A DNA stretch of 63,986 nucleotides, filler included, from Octopus bimaculoides (GCF_001194135.2; 6 parts of 6 records of this genome joined end to end with filler, not necessarily neighbours in it), one strand, 5' to 3'. Positions 1 through 11,481 are shown, counted from the whole stretch's first letter. The notes: generated by a model from the letters alone, not told the origin. A program made the numbers and translations.

Positions 1-218
1 GCCAGTACCGCCTGAGTGGCGTTCTTGCGGGTGACACGTAAAAGCACCCACTACACTCTCTGAGTGGTTGGTGTTAGGAAGGGCATCCAGCTGTAGAAAC
101 TCTGCCAAATCAGATTGGAGCCTGGTGTTGCCATCCGGTTTCACCAGTCCTCAGTCAAATCGTCCAACCCATGCTAGCATGGAAAGCGGACGTTAAACGA
201 TGATGATGATGATGATGA

Positions 219-222
<4 letters not shown>
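1..222 (+). mobile_element. 3' end of RTE-clade LINE with (GAT)n tail
   Basis: Same sequence as the minus-strand copies at 11482, 25541 and 27498; the 27498 copy joins it to an RTE ORF C-terminus. Confidence 0.75.
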
Positions 223-252
<30 letters not shown>

Positions 253-771
253 GTTATATACATGCTTACAAAATTTGTATGTGGGTGTATGCAGGTGTAT
301 GCATGTGTGTGTGTGTGTGTGTTTATGTTGGTGTGTTTGTTTAAGAAAGATGTATACATCTGCAAATTACAGAAAGTGGAAGAGGGAGATAGAAAGACCA
401 CCGTATAGGAAATGTAAGATTATGTAAGATTTTCTGAAGTTAGGCAGTCATATAAAAGCTAATCTTATACTTATCTACATTCAAGATTGTGAAATATGAA
501 ACATAATACCAAGACCTAGAAATGAGTAATGGAATATTTAAATCCTATCTTTTCCAACTACTCATAAAAAATGAGTGGAAAGGAAGGGCAGACATATAAA
601 GTGAAAGAAAGAGAAAGAGAGAAAAAAAGCAAGGAAGAAACAGTTTGTTTAGAGGCAAGAAGTGTTTTGATTTTAAATGTAAATTACTAAAAACAATTAC
701 ACACACACACACACATATATATGTATGCATGTATATATATGTATGTATGTATGTGTGTGTGTGTGTGTATG

Positions 772-1410
772 TAGGTGCAAGCTGTGTGGTTAAGAAATTT
801 GCCTTTAAATCACACAGTTTCAGGTTCAATCCCACAGTGTGGCAACTTGAGCAAGTGTCTTCTGCTATAACCCCAGGTCAACCAAGTCCTTGTGAAAGGA
901 TTTTGTAGAGTGGAAACTAATAAAAGGTTCATCATATACATATATACATACATGCATACATACATACATATATACATACAAACACACACATATACATACA
1001 TACACACATACATACAAACACACATACATACATGCATACAAACATACATATATATATATACATACACACATACATGCATACATACATACACACATATATA
1101 TATATATACACACACATACACATGCATACATACATACATACATACTTACATACATACATACATGCATGCATGCATCTATGTTCATATGTGTGGGGCAGGT
1201 TCTGTCGCCTTGTCTTTATGTCATAAGATAGTCATAAACAAGTATCACTGCCATATGAGCGAAGTTCCATCTTTTCCATTCTTCCCTGAAAATATGTGCA
1301 GTCATGTGGAAACAGGTGAGATTTAATGACAGAAGGAGCATCTGGTCATAGAAAATTAGTATACACAAATTCTGTTTAACCCATACATATGTGGAAAAAT
1401 GAACATTATG
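772..1410 (+). mobile_element. Old tRNA-headed SINE split by an expanded (TACA)/(CA) microsatellite
   Basis: 772-925 resembles the SINE family A head (GGTTCAATCCC B-box, gagcaagtgtcttctgctata). 1186-1410 is the continuation, ending in a degenerate RTE-like tail. Confidence 0.5.
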
Positions 1411-1448
1411 TCAATGATTGTGTGTATGTGTGTGTGTGTGTGTGTGTA

Positions 1449-1550
1449 TCATTATTCACTTTTATTTATCTCAACATTTCTTGCCAATTTCCTTCATTGG
1501 AATTTCAACATCAACAACAGGGTATTTTTGTATGTATGTATGCATGTGTA

Positions 1551-1581
<31 letters not shown>

Positions 1582-1940
1582 GTGTATGCATGCATGTATG
1601 TATGTATGTATGTATGCATGTGTATGTGTGTTTGTATATATATATGTGTGTGTGTATGTATGTATGTATACGTGCAGATTTGTATGTTTTATTTTATGTA
1701 TATGTTCTCATGCATATAATTGCATATCTAGACGTGCTCATATTTACTTAAATGACAAACTTCTGTTAAGTTTTACAGGTTCTTATAGTTCCAGTGATGG
1801 ATTGGATCTGTAGTTTTCGAATCAGCTTTCTCCTTTCTGGTTTTGAGAAGCTTAATTTCTCAACATTGATATTTAGGCAGTGTGTTACATATCCCAGTGT
1901 CCCAGTAATTACAGGTATAAACCTAAACTTGCATGTATGT
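1449..1940 (-). mobile_element. 3' end of non-LTR retrotransposon with restriction-like endonuclease (RLE) C-terminus
   Basis: Minus frame reads KFRFIPVITGTLGYVTHCLNINVEKLSFSKPERRKLIRKLQIQSITGTIRTCKT. This matches the IPV-G-LG...LQ...GT..I tail of RLE-type ORFs and is followed by a UTR and microsatellite. Confidence 0.6.
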
Positions 1941-2084
1941 ATGTATAATTTTTCACGTCTGGCCGTATAGCCTTTTCCATTTGTTTTCCTGTCTTGTTTT
2001 CTGTCCGCCACTACAGTCCTGCATGGTACAAGTTTAATTTGTGTATACAAATTTAATTTGTGGTCCGTGGGAAGAGCCATTTTA

Positions 2085-2330
2085 ACGATGTGTCCTGCCC
2101 TAACTCTTCGAAACGCCTGTGTTAGAATGGGGGCAGCTGATGAAGGAAAATGTTCTCTATGTGGCCTGTGTGTTTTCTGTACTCTGGTTATTATTATTTT
2201 TTTTGTCTACGTTTTGTTTGCAATGTCCTGTACTTAGATATGCACCTATATATACAGGTAGATGTAGGTATGCACATATTTGTACGTATATATGCATATA
2301 CCCATTTATTATGTATGTATGTATGTGAAT
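2085..2330 (+). mobile_element. Retroelement terminal repeat (Penelope pLTR-like) carrying a hammerhead-like motif
   Basis: 2158-2310 recurs in reverse at 32360-32492 and ends in (TATG)n. The family assignment is inference. Confidence 0.5.
2087..2150 (+). ncRNA. Candidate non-circularly permuted hammerhead ribozyme
   Basis: GUC at 2092-2094, GAAAC at 2110-2114, CUGAUGA at 2137-2143. Stem I is 2095-2100/2131-2136 and stem III is 2090-2093/2113-2116; stem II is weak. Confidence 0.45.
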
Positions 2331-2919
2331 GATTGATGCCAAAGACTTATATTTCCATCAATTTATATTAACTGGTTTAAAGCGCAAAATGTTAAAATAA
2401 AAGTTAAAGAAAGCATAAATATACTATTAATAAATAACTGCAATATTCGAGGAGTTATGTCCAAGTTAAAAATCAGTATTATTTTGAAGTCAACAAATAT
2501 GGGAGACAACTCTCAATGTTTTGTTCTCAGTAATTTTCAATAGAAAAGTTATCTACTTCGTGAATCTTTCATAAATCCATATAAAAGGATCGCGAACTAT
2601 ATTTGGGCATCCTTGCATCTTGTTTGATAAACACGAATGTCTAAAGATGTTCTCCTGCTTGCTTTCCTACTTTTAGGAATCCCACTAAACCAAAAAAGTA
2701 TTATGTTTTTGCCTGAGGTATTGCAAGTAGAGATGTAACTTATTCTTAGGCATCCTGAAATTAATACATCAAATACATACATATACACACACACACACGC
2801 ATGCACGCACGCGCACACACACAACACCTTGGATAGAAAAATAAAGATATTGCAATAGAAATGCACACACACATACACCACAATACAACACACGCCTCTT
2901 TGCAAAATATAAAATTATA

Positions 2920-3895
2920 CAGACTGCCCTCATTTAACGACCTACCTATTTAATGACCACTCGGAGTTACGACGAACTTTACGAGCCGTCATTACATATT
3001 TTACAAAATATAAAAACTTTAACTGTCGTATTGTGCGCTGTAGGAGAACTGCCGTTGTGATGGCAACGCATCCCGAGCANNNNNNNNNNGTGCGCTGTAG
3101 GAGAACTGCCGTTGTGATGGCAACGCATCCCGAGCACCCAGCCTCACCCTCCGACACGCTCGCTCTCTCAATCTCCCGCCTCTGGTCAGCCAGGCAACAC
3201 AGTGACGCTCTCTGTACCTATATTACTATTTCGTCTCCTTTTTCCATTATCTCTTGTACCCCATACTACAAGATGCCTCCAAAGAGGAAGAATACATCTT
3301 CACCTGTTGTCTGCCTTTCCAACTAAACTTTTCCGATGTTATCGAGAAATTTATGACGAAAAAAATAAGATAACAAAGTAAACAACACTGACGGGAATTT
3401 TCATGCATTTTGATGTCAAGAATGGGTTGCTTTTGTAATCTTTATCCAAAGTAAAACAAAGTTATTATGTTTGAGTTTCCTTTAAACCTTTTCTATATAA
3501 TCCTGAGAAAAGTTTATTAGGCATCTTATGTGCTGGGCCTGGAATCACAAACATACTTACGATGTCTCAGCTACAATAATACAGTATCCATATCCNNNNN
3601 NNNNNTGTGCTGGGCCTGGAATCACAAACATACTTACGATGTCTCAGCTACAATAATACAGTATCCATATCCTAACTTCTAAGGTTTTCCTTGTGATAAT
3701 CTTATTCATTTTTCAACAATTGGCCCTGTACTGCATATACTTTATACAGTACGGTATTCTGTTTTTATATGTACGTGCAGTACAATATACCTAAAAAAAA
3801 AAATATACGTACCCTATGAATATTCGTTTAACGACGAATTTGCTTAACGACGGGGCTGTTGGAACGTAACTCAGTCGTTAAATGAGGACAGTCTG
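2920..3895 (+). mobile_element. Non-autonomous Tc1/mariner-superfamily (pogo/Tigger-like) element
   Basis: 22-bp TIRs at 2920-2941 and 3874-3895 (1 mismatch); TA on both sides (2918-2919, 3896-3897); residual MPPKRKNTSS start at 3273. Confidence 0.85.
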
Positions 3896-4139
3896 TACAT
3901 CAGTTTCTTCAATAGATTAACAATAACTAATCAAGTGTATCTTTTTTTCTCTTTTTTTTACCTTTTTTGTTTCCACAAATGCTAGATAGTGTCACAGTGT
4001 TTTGATTTTCATGGTGTAGTGTTTTTCACAGTGATTACGAGATTTTCATCTTTTAGTTAGAATTGCAATATTTTCCTTTATATGTTGTATCCTCTTTTGT
4101 CGTTTTTTTTTTGTTACTTTTACATCATGTATTTATTAA

Positions 4140-4850
4140 GCAATGGAGGGGTCTGTTTATATCAGATGTAACTAGAGAGAATCATTTGAGCTGTAAAAAG
4201 CATTTGCCAAATAAGTTAAAACACCAAGAGGTTGGAATGCTTTGGGTTTTTTTTTGGTTTTTTTTATGAGAAAAACTTCGATCAGGGCCAAACAAAAGGT
4301 TTACTGAAGGAATGACAGATGGTTATGCAGAAACCAGAACAAGATTCCAATGGTCATGCATAGAAAGTTCCGAACAACTGTGATGGTTCTGGAAGTCATC
4401 AGCAATGAAGGATATGTCATGTCTCCTCACTTTTTTTTCCAGGGGTTAAAAGTCAATGTCAGTATCAACACAGAGGTGTTGGAGAAAGTTGTAAGGCCCT
4501 GGATAAACAGAGTACACAATGAAAGACCATATGTTTTCCAACAAGACATTACCCCGTCTCATACAGCTAGGGCAACCCAAATGTTGATGTGTGCCAATAT
4601 TCATGAGTTTATTCTCCCAGACACATGGCCTCCTTGCTTACTAGACCTCAATCCATTGACCTGTGGCATAAAACATGTAGTCAAGAAAGAGAGCTCAATC
4701 AACAACCCCATAACACCATAAATCTCTCAAGTCCACCATAACTAGCACTATGTAGGAAATTGATAATGAAAATCAGATTTGGGCATGTCAATACCACCGA
4801 CCAAGTATTGAAGTAGCTATTGATGCTAACAGTGGCTTCTTTGAATAGGT
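4140..4850 (+). mobile_element. Decayed DD37D (maT-type) transposase fragment
   Basis: Reads NKLKHQEVGMLWFF..EKNFDQ, KF.TTVMVL.VISNEG.VM.PHFF, YVFQQD and WPP..LDLNPL. There are 37 residues from the QQD aspartate to the expected third D. Frameshifts present. Confidence 0.85.
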
Positions 4851-5234
4851 GTGATAAGAGGATTCTCAAGATTATTTGTACCAATTTGTATTCAAATACA
4901 TCTTTTCTTTGATTAGCTCTGCATATATTTCTAAATTCATATAAATGACTTCAAAGAACTGATACACCATGTATAGATGTTACACACACACACACACGTT
5001 ATATATTTACATACATACACACACACACATATACATAGATGATGGGCTTCTGAACAGATTCTTTCTACCAAATTTCACTAACAATATATAAAATAATCCT
5101 AGGCTATGGTGGAAGACACTTTCCTAATACCCATGCCCAAATCATATGATGGTTACTGACTTTGCAGATGTTTCCTCAATGACTCATCTCATAGATTGGC
5201 TTATTTAACAACCAGGGATTCATTGAGGAAGCCT

Positions 5235-5410
5235 CTATATGTTTAATGAAGCTTGCTAGAAGCTGTTGCCAAATCTCCCTCAAATCATACTTTACCACCT
5301 TAAAGGAAAGGGAGGATGAAAATGATATCATCTCTGATGTATAAAAAGGCGGGATGGTCATGACTATAATGTCTGTGATCATAAGTCTGTCTGATCAAGG
5401 ATAACATCCT
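5235..5410 (+). mobile_element. Old SINE-like dispersed repeat (related pieces at about 10150-10490, 15900-16100, 51390-51560, 52395-52470)
   Basis: Shared gaaatagcagc/ccaaatctccctcaaatcacacc...aaaggcgggatggtcatg motifs, seen by eye. Confidence 0.45.
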
Positions 5411-6374
5411 GGGCTAAAGAACAGTAATCAGGGAGTCAAGGTCCTGTTATTGAATAGAGTAGCTACTGAATGATCTGAAGATTCTGGAAGATCATCAGCA
5501 GATGATCTAAATTCGATAAGCATTTCAAACACATGAAGTTATCCCTGATTACCTTATATTTTTGGATATTTAATCCAAATTAAAATCAACAGATAAGAGA
5601 ATACCAGCATATATAATGCATAGAATATTAAAAATCTAAACTAGAAATATACTTGAACAAAAAATATTAATAAAGTTTTTGTGCTACAAACGTGTGTGTG
5701 TGCGCACGTGCACACACACACATGCACATGTATGCATGCTTGTCTGTGATTTACTTTAGTGATTCATTCACTTATAATCTAGCCTGCTATATTTTGCTAA
5801 GGAAACTAGGTGAAGCAAAATGAAGAAATATTTAGTTTTAGTTTAAATTTTTGATTTGCCAGGCAATAAAATATATGAATAGTTACTGATGTATAGAATC
5901 CAACCAGCAGCAAGGAAGTTATACTTTTCTAAGAAGTCAGAAAAAGGTAAAAACATGCATGGAGTTGCCTCCCCTACTTACTGGAGAAATGTAAAATAAA
6001 TTATATCAATCTTGCTGGTATTTATCTTGCCAGATATATTTGGTCCTACTTTAGATTTGTAACTCTGCTTGCAATAAATATTTTAACATTCACTGATCTA
6101 TAGAAAATTTTACTTATCTATAAAATATACTTTCTGACAACAAAATATACAACCTGATTTTAGAATACATTACCTCAATAGAACATACTCAAAGAGTGCA
6201 ATATATTTAGATATTATTCCATTACAAACTTGATACGAAAATCCACAGCTTGTAAACCTACTATAAACAACACAGGAAGTATATCAGTGAGTTGAGAGTG
6301 TGAGATGTGTTATAAAATTTTGCATTGAACATTACACTGATATCTTAGCTAATAATACACCATTCATTTTAATA

Positions 6375-6630
6375 TTTGTTGACTTAGGGAAGATTTTTGA
6401 TAGGTTAGTCTGGTGAGTGGTAGGGGGAGTATGTGAAGCAGAAGGGCTTGTTGTGAAAGTTGTGCAAGCCATCTATGAAGGTGTTTGAGAGCAAGATTAG
6501 TGTTTGTGGTAAATTCACAGAGAAACTTAGTATTCTGTGATTGCGTATGAAACCTTTTTCTAGTCATTATAGTTCTTGTGATTATAATACAGTGCATTAG
6601 GATTTGGAAAATGTTCTCTCTGTGTAAAAG
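6375..6630 (+). mobile_element. Highly degenerate RTE reverse transcriptase fragment
   Basis: FVDLGKIFDR...LVVKVVQAIYEG aligns to FIDMEKAFDR...LVRAVRAMYRD of the 18059 ORF; multiple stops. Confidence 0.55.
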
Positions 6631-6752
6631 GCACCAATTATGAAGCATAGGTGAAAAGTGTAATGCCACATGGCACAAGACAAGGGCAACAAATGTAAAA
6701 CACCTATGAGGTCGAAGATAGAGGAAGCATGCATGACCTCAATGGATGTGTG

Positions 6753-6857
6753 AAAAGCACAGTAGAAGTAAAATGAATGAGTGATTGTATTAAAAGTATC
6801 AGTTAAAGAGTATGCTAGAGCAACAACTGCACAGGCATGGACACATGATACATACAT

Positions 6858-6898
<41 letters not shown>

Positions 6899-6956
6899 CT
6901 CTTTAACTGATACTTTTAATACAATCACTCATTCATTTTACTTCTACTGTGCTTTT
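6753..6956. repeat. Perfect 61-bp inverted repeat with 82-bp spacer
   Basis: 6753-6813 is the exact reverse complement of 6896-6956. Confidence 0.9.
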
Positions 6957-7508
6957 ACTGGGGTTTAAAAATCTTATCCCTACAACCCACACAAAACAAG
7001 AAATTAAAATATCATCATTTCTAAAAATAGATTTAACATCAATTCTAAAAATAGCCAAACACCTNNNNNNNNNNNNNNNNNNNNNNNNNNNNNNNNNNNN
7101 NNNNNNNNNNNNNNNNNNNNNNNNNNNNNNNNNNNNNNNNNNNNNNNNNNNNNNNNNNNNNNNNNNNNNNNNNNNNNNNNNNNNNNNNNNNNNNNNNNNN
7201 NNNNNNNNNNNNNNNNNNNNNNNNNNNNNNNNNNNNNNNNNNNNNNNNNNNNNNNNNNNNNNNNNNNNNNNNNNNNNNNNNNNNNNNNNNNNNNNNNNNN
7301 NNNNNNNNNNNNNNNNNNNNNNNNNNNNNNNNNNNNNNNNNNNNNNNNNNNNNNNNNNNNNNNNNNNNNNNNNNNNNNNNNNNNNNNNNNNNNNNNNNNN
7401 NNNNNNNNNNNNNNNNNNNNNNNNNNNNNNNNNNNNNNNNNNNNNNNNNNNNNNNNNNNNNNNNNNNNNNNNNNNNNNNNNNNNNNNNNNNNNNNNNNNN
7501 NNNNNNNN

Positions 7509-7545
<37 letters not shown>

Positions 7546-7548
<3 letters not shown>

Positions 7549-7722
7549 GAGAATTTACGAAAAAAACAACAGACGAAAACAGGTGGTGTAAACAACAAAT
7601 GGATGTATTAGTTTAACGCTTGGAAATAGAGGAAGTCTTTGACGTTTCGAGCTACCCTCTTCAACTGAAAGGAACACAGAAAGAAATAATATAAATGTAG
7701 TGGTCAGCGATCTATCATGGCG
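7546..7722 (-). mobile_element. Penelope-like pseudo-LTR
   Basis: Near-identical to 61743-61931; contains the gctcgaaacgtc hammerhead-like motif and abuts (TA)n. Confidence 0.65.
7637..7671 (-). ncRNA. Minimal type I hammerhead-like motif (variant core)
   Basis: Minus strand reads CTTT-CAGTTGA-A-GAG-ggtag-CTC-GAAAC-GTC-AAAG, with U4A and A6U deviations. Confidence 0.35.
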
Positions 7723-7957
7723 AAAATGTATATATATATATATATATATAGATGATATGAGTTGAGTGAAAAAGAAACTCTAAGTGGACAGCTCTAAAAG
7801 AAGAGGGAGATGTAGAAAGAAAGGATGAATATAGATTTGAGAACTTTTAGTCCCTCAGAAAATAAATTGATAAAAGAATGAGAAGTGATAGTATTCTGCA
7901 TAGCTAACCCATCTAATCATTGCTAGTACGGGAAAATATACTTCAAAGCAGCATTAA

Positions 7958-8168
7958 CCCTTTAGCATTCAGATTAGTCTGTCAAAAGTAATGCTTATTT
8001 ATTAACATTGTTTTGAATTAACCATGCAACATTTTGTAACTTTGAGATTTTATGAGCTAACTGTTTATTTTTAGAATGATATTGTAGGGTTGGTGTGAGA
8101 GGCCAGATCTGAGCATAAAATAGGTAGAATATTTTGGCTGGATTATGGCCTATTTAAATGTTAATGGG
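7958..8168. mobile_element. piggyBac-like MITE
   Basis: TTAA on both sides (7954-7957, 8169-8172); CCC...GGG termini; inverted copy at 23894-24111. Confidence 0.75.
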
Positions 8169-8501
8169 TTAAAGATAACAATGACTGCAACAAACGCTAA
8201 GTTGATCACACAGGATAATGTAGAATCAAAGAAGACTCACCAAACACATGCTAGCCATTTTAAAACGATGATGACAGAGGTGATGATGATGATGATGATA
8301 TCAATGACAAAGTTGTTGGTGATGCTTCTGATCATCTCAAATTACAACAGCAATTAATCAAGGAAGCACTTGCTACTCAGCGTTGGTTCATCAAACTTAA
8401 AGCAAATGAGCACTAATATTATTTTCAATACAAGGATGTTCAGAATTTTTCTATTTTATGTAACATTTAAAAAAGGTCCCCTTAATTATAAAATATTGAA
8501 C

Positions 8502-8890
8502 GCAGGAGTGGCTGTGTGGTAAGTAGCTTGCTTACCAGCCACATGGTTCCAGGTTCAGTCCTACTGCGTGGCACCTTGGGCAAGTGTCTTCTGCTATAGC
8601 CTCGGGCTGACCAAAGCCTTGTGAGTGGATTTGGTAGATAGAAACTGAAAGAAGCCCGTCATATATATGTATATGTATATGTTGTGTATCTGTGTTTGTC
8701 CCCCCAACATTGCTTGACAACCGATGCTGGTGTGTTTAGGTCCCCGTAACTTAGCGGTTCGGCAAAAAGAGACCGATATAATAAGTACTAGGCTTACAAA
8801 GAATAAGTCCTGGGGTTGATTTGATTTGACTAAAGGCGGTGCTCCAGCATGGCCGCAGGCAAATGACTGAAACAAGTAAAAGAATAAAAG
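8502..8890 (+). mobile_element. SINE family A (tRNA head, CORE-like ccttgggcaagtg segment, internal TA/TG microsatellite)
   Basis: A-box-like TGGCTGTGTGG and B-box-like GGTTCAGTCC; about 10 copies in the window. Confidence 0.85.
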
Positions 8891-9722
8891 AAAGAAAAAA
8901 AGAACTTGTTTCTCATCACATGTAAAATAAAACCTTGTTTTTTTTTTGGGGGGGGGGGTCAAAAATCCTCTCCACCATATTTTGTTCAGGAATCCTCTAC
9001 CATATTTATTGAAACTATCAGTGCTAAGCATTATAAATATGTTAAAATAAAAATACAATAAACTTAAATATTGTTTTATCAAACAAATGTCAAGTATTTA
9101 AATGATAATATATTGTTTACAAATAGAGCAAAAATATCAAATAGTTAGGAATGGTGTAGAAATATGTTTGTAATAGAATCAAAATATATTGCTTCCACCC
9201 CACACTAACTCATTATAGTTGAGCTCATCATTGTTTGTGCTGGAACAAATTAGCAGCAAACAACTGGAAACATTATTTTTGGTCTATATTCAACCAGAGT
9301 TGCATGAATGGTGACATATATTAGCCATAGAAGAATGTCCTCAAACATCTCAGCTTTATTACTAAGAGGAAGTAAGATTACCAAAACGTATATCTGTATT
9401 GTATTCTTTTCCCCGATCAATAAAATATAATCATTTGTTACCAGTAGAACAATCAGGACCTCTGGGTCAAAATATGATAAGATAATAGTGCACTTATAAA
9501 GCAAAGTTCACATTCAAACCCAGCAAATATAACATTTAATACCCTTTAGTAATTTAAAAACCTGTAAAATATAGCATTCTTGCCATTGTTGAATCCATAT
9601 CATCAGTAATTAAAAGTACTTTTATCTTTGAGCACTCTCTGACCTCTTGTAAAAGTAAAGTTCTTTCTTACCAATGAACAAGCTACAATAATGCAACTTA
9701 AAAAAAAAAAAAAACCAACTAT

Positions 9723-10118
9723 GGCGCAGGAGTGGCTGTGTGGTAAGTAGCTTGGTTACCAACCACATGGTTCTGGGTTCAGTTCAACTGCATGGCACCT
9801 TGGGCAATTGTCTTCTACTATAGCCTTGGGCCGACCAAAGCCTTGTGAGTGGATTTGGTAGACGGAAACTGAAAGAAGCCCGTCGTATATATGTATATAT
9901 TTATATATATATATATGTGTTTGTCCCCACCACCATCGCTTGACAACCGATGCTGGTGTGTTTATATCCCCGTAACTTAGCGGTTCGGCAAAAAGAGACC
10001 GATAGAATAAGTACTAGGCTTACAAAGAATAAGTCCTGGTGTCGATTTGCTCAACTAAAGGCGGTGCTCCAGCATGGCCGCAGTCAAATGACTGAAACAA
10101 GTAAAAGAGTAAAGAGAG
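9723..10118 (+). mobile_element. SINE family A, full length
   Basis: High similarity to the 8502-8890 copy. Confidence 0.85.
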
Positions 10119-10943
10119 TACTCTCAACTTTTCTTATTAATAATTGCATTGTTTCTTTCCAGGTAAACTGACATCTGATTGTTCAAAGACTTCAGAAGTA
10201 ACTAGTGGCAACATTTTTTTGAGCATAGGTCAGTTTGATAAGAGCAAGCCTGTATGAAATAAAAGCAGAGAAGCTATGCAACCACTTGCTCTGTTAGAAA
10301 TAGCAGCTAAAATTTTTCTCAAATCACACCTTATAGAATTATATAGTTAGTAACACCTGTATCCAGGATATACTGTTACACACTTTTTATGAAGAAAGTT
10401 AGGAATATGGTTATTAATATATAGAGAGTTATATAAAAAATATGGGATGCTTATAACTGGAATGTCTGTAACCAAAAATTTTTTCTCTCAATGTTGATCT
10501 GAAGTCAAACAACAGCAGAAGTAAACTGAATATTGAAAAAGTACATTTCCAAACTGTCATGCTAAAACCCTACAATGCACAGTGTAGTCTACAGTTAAAC
10601 AGAAGTGTAGAATATCTGCAGTAACAGATTTGTGCATCTCACCTAGTCCTTTAATCAACTAATCTTTCCCTGTATCTTCTCTACTGCTTTCAGTTCAATT
10701 CTCAGTTGAGCTCTAAGACCATTGTCCAGCATACACATGAAACTCTGTTTCATTAATAAACTTATTCAAGAAGCACTTGATATAACTCTTAATACCTGTA
10801 TTTGGCATATAACATTACACATCTTTTAGAAAGAAAGTTATGAACAGTTATTAATATATAGAAAAATTCTGTATCTAGGATATACCATTACATGTATTTT
10901 ATGAAGAAAAATAGACACATGATTATTAATATATAGATAATTT

Positions 10944-11392
10944 ATAAGGTGGGGAGCTGACAGAATCGTTAGCTCAGCAGACAAAATGCTTTGCGGCATT
11001 TCATCTGTCTTTACATTCTAAGTTCAAATGCCACAGGGAGCTACTTTGCCTTTCATCCTTACCAGGTTGATAAAATAAGTACCAGTCAAGTACTGGATCA
11101 ATGTGATCAACTTACCCTCTGCCTGCCAATTTGCTGGCTTTGTGCCAAAATTTGAAATTAAATTATTGATAATTTAAGGCAGTGAGCTGGAAGAATTGTT
11201 AGCATGCTGAGCAAAATGCTAAGTGGCATTTTGTCTGTCTTTACATTGTGGGTTCAAATGCTGCCAGGAGCAACTTTGCCTTTCATTCTTTTGGGGGTCA
11301 ATAAAATAAGTACCAGTTGAGCACTGGAGTTAATTTAATTGATTTAACCCCTAACCTAAAATTATTGGACTTGAACTAAAGTTGAAACCAAA
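10944..11392 (+). mobile_element. SINE family B dimer with 13-bp target-site duplication
   Basis: Two head-to-tail copies; ATATAGATAATTT at 10931-10943 and 11393-11405. Confidence 0.75.
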
Positions 11393-11481
11393 ATATAGAT
11401 AATTTGAAAAATTCCATATTAAGGATATAAAGTTACTCATATTTTACAAAGAAAGTTAGGAACATGGTTATAACTATATAG

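Noticed and set aside
174-1813. Many ORFs rich in MYVC/HTHT/IYIY repeats, here and throughout
   Set aside because: Translations of dinucleotide and tetranucleotide microsatellites; no coding signal.
3029-3673. Tandem duplications either side of 10-N gaps (also 63660-63740)
   Set aside because: Exact overlaps flanking minimal gaps indicate unmerged contig ends.
8502-8580. tRNA genes
   Set aside because: These are SINE heads with A/B boxes; no complete cloverleaf, and they continue into SINE bodies.
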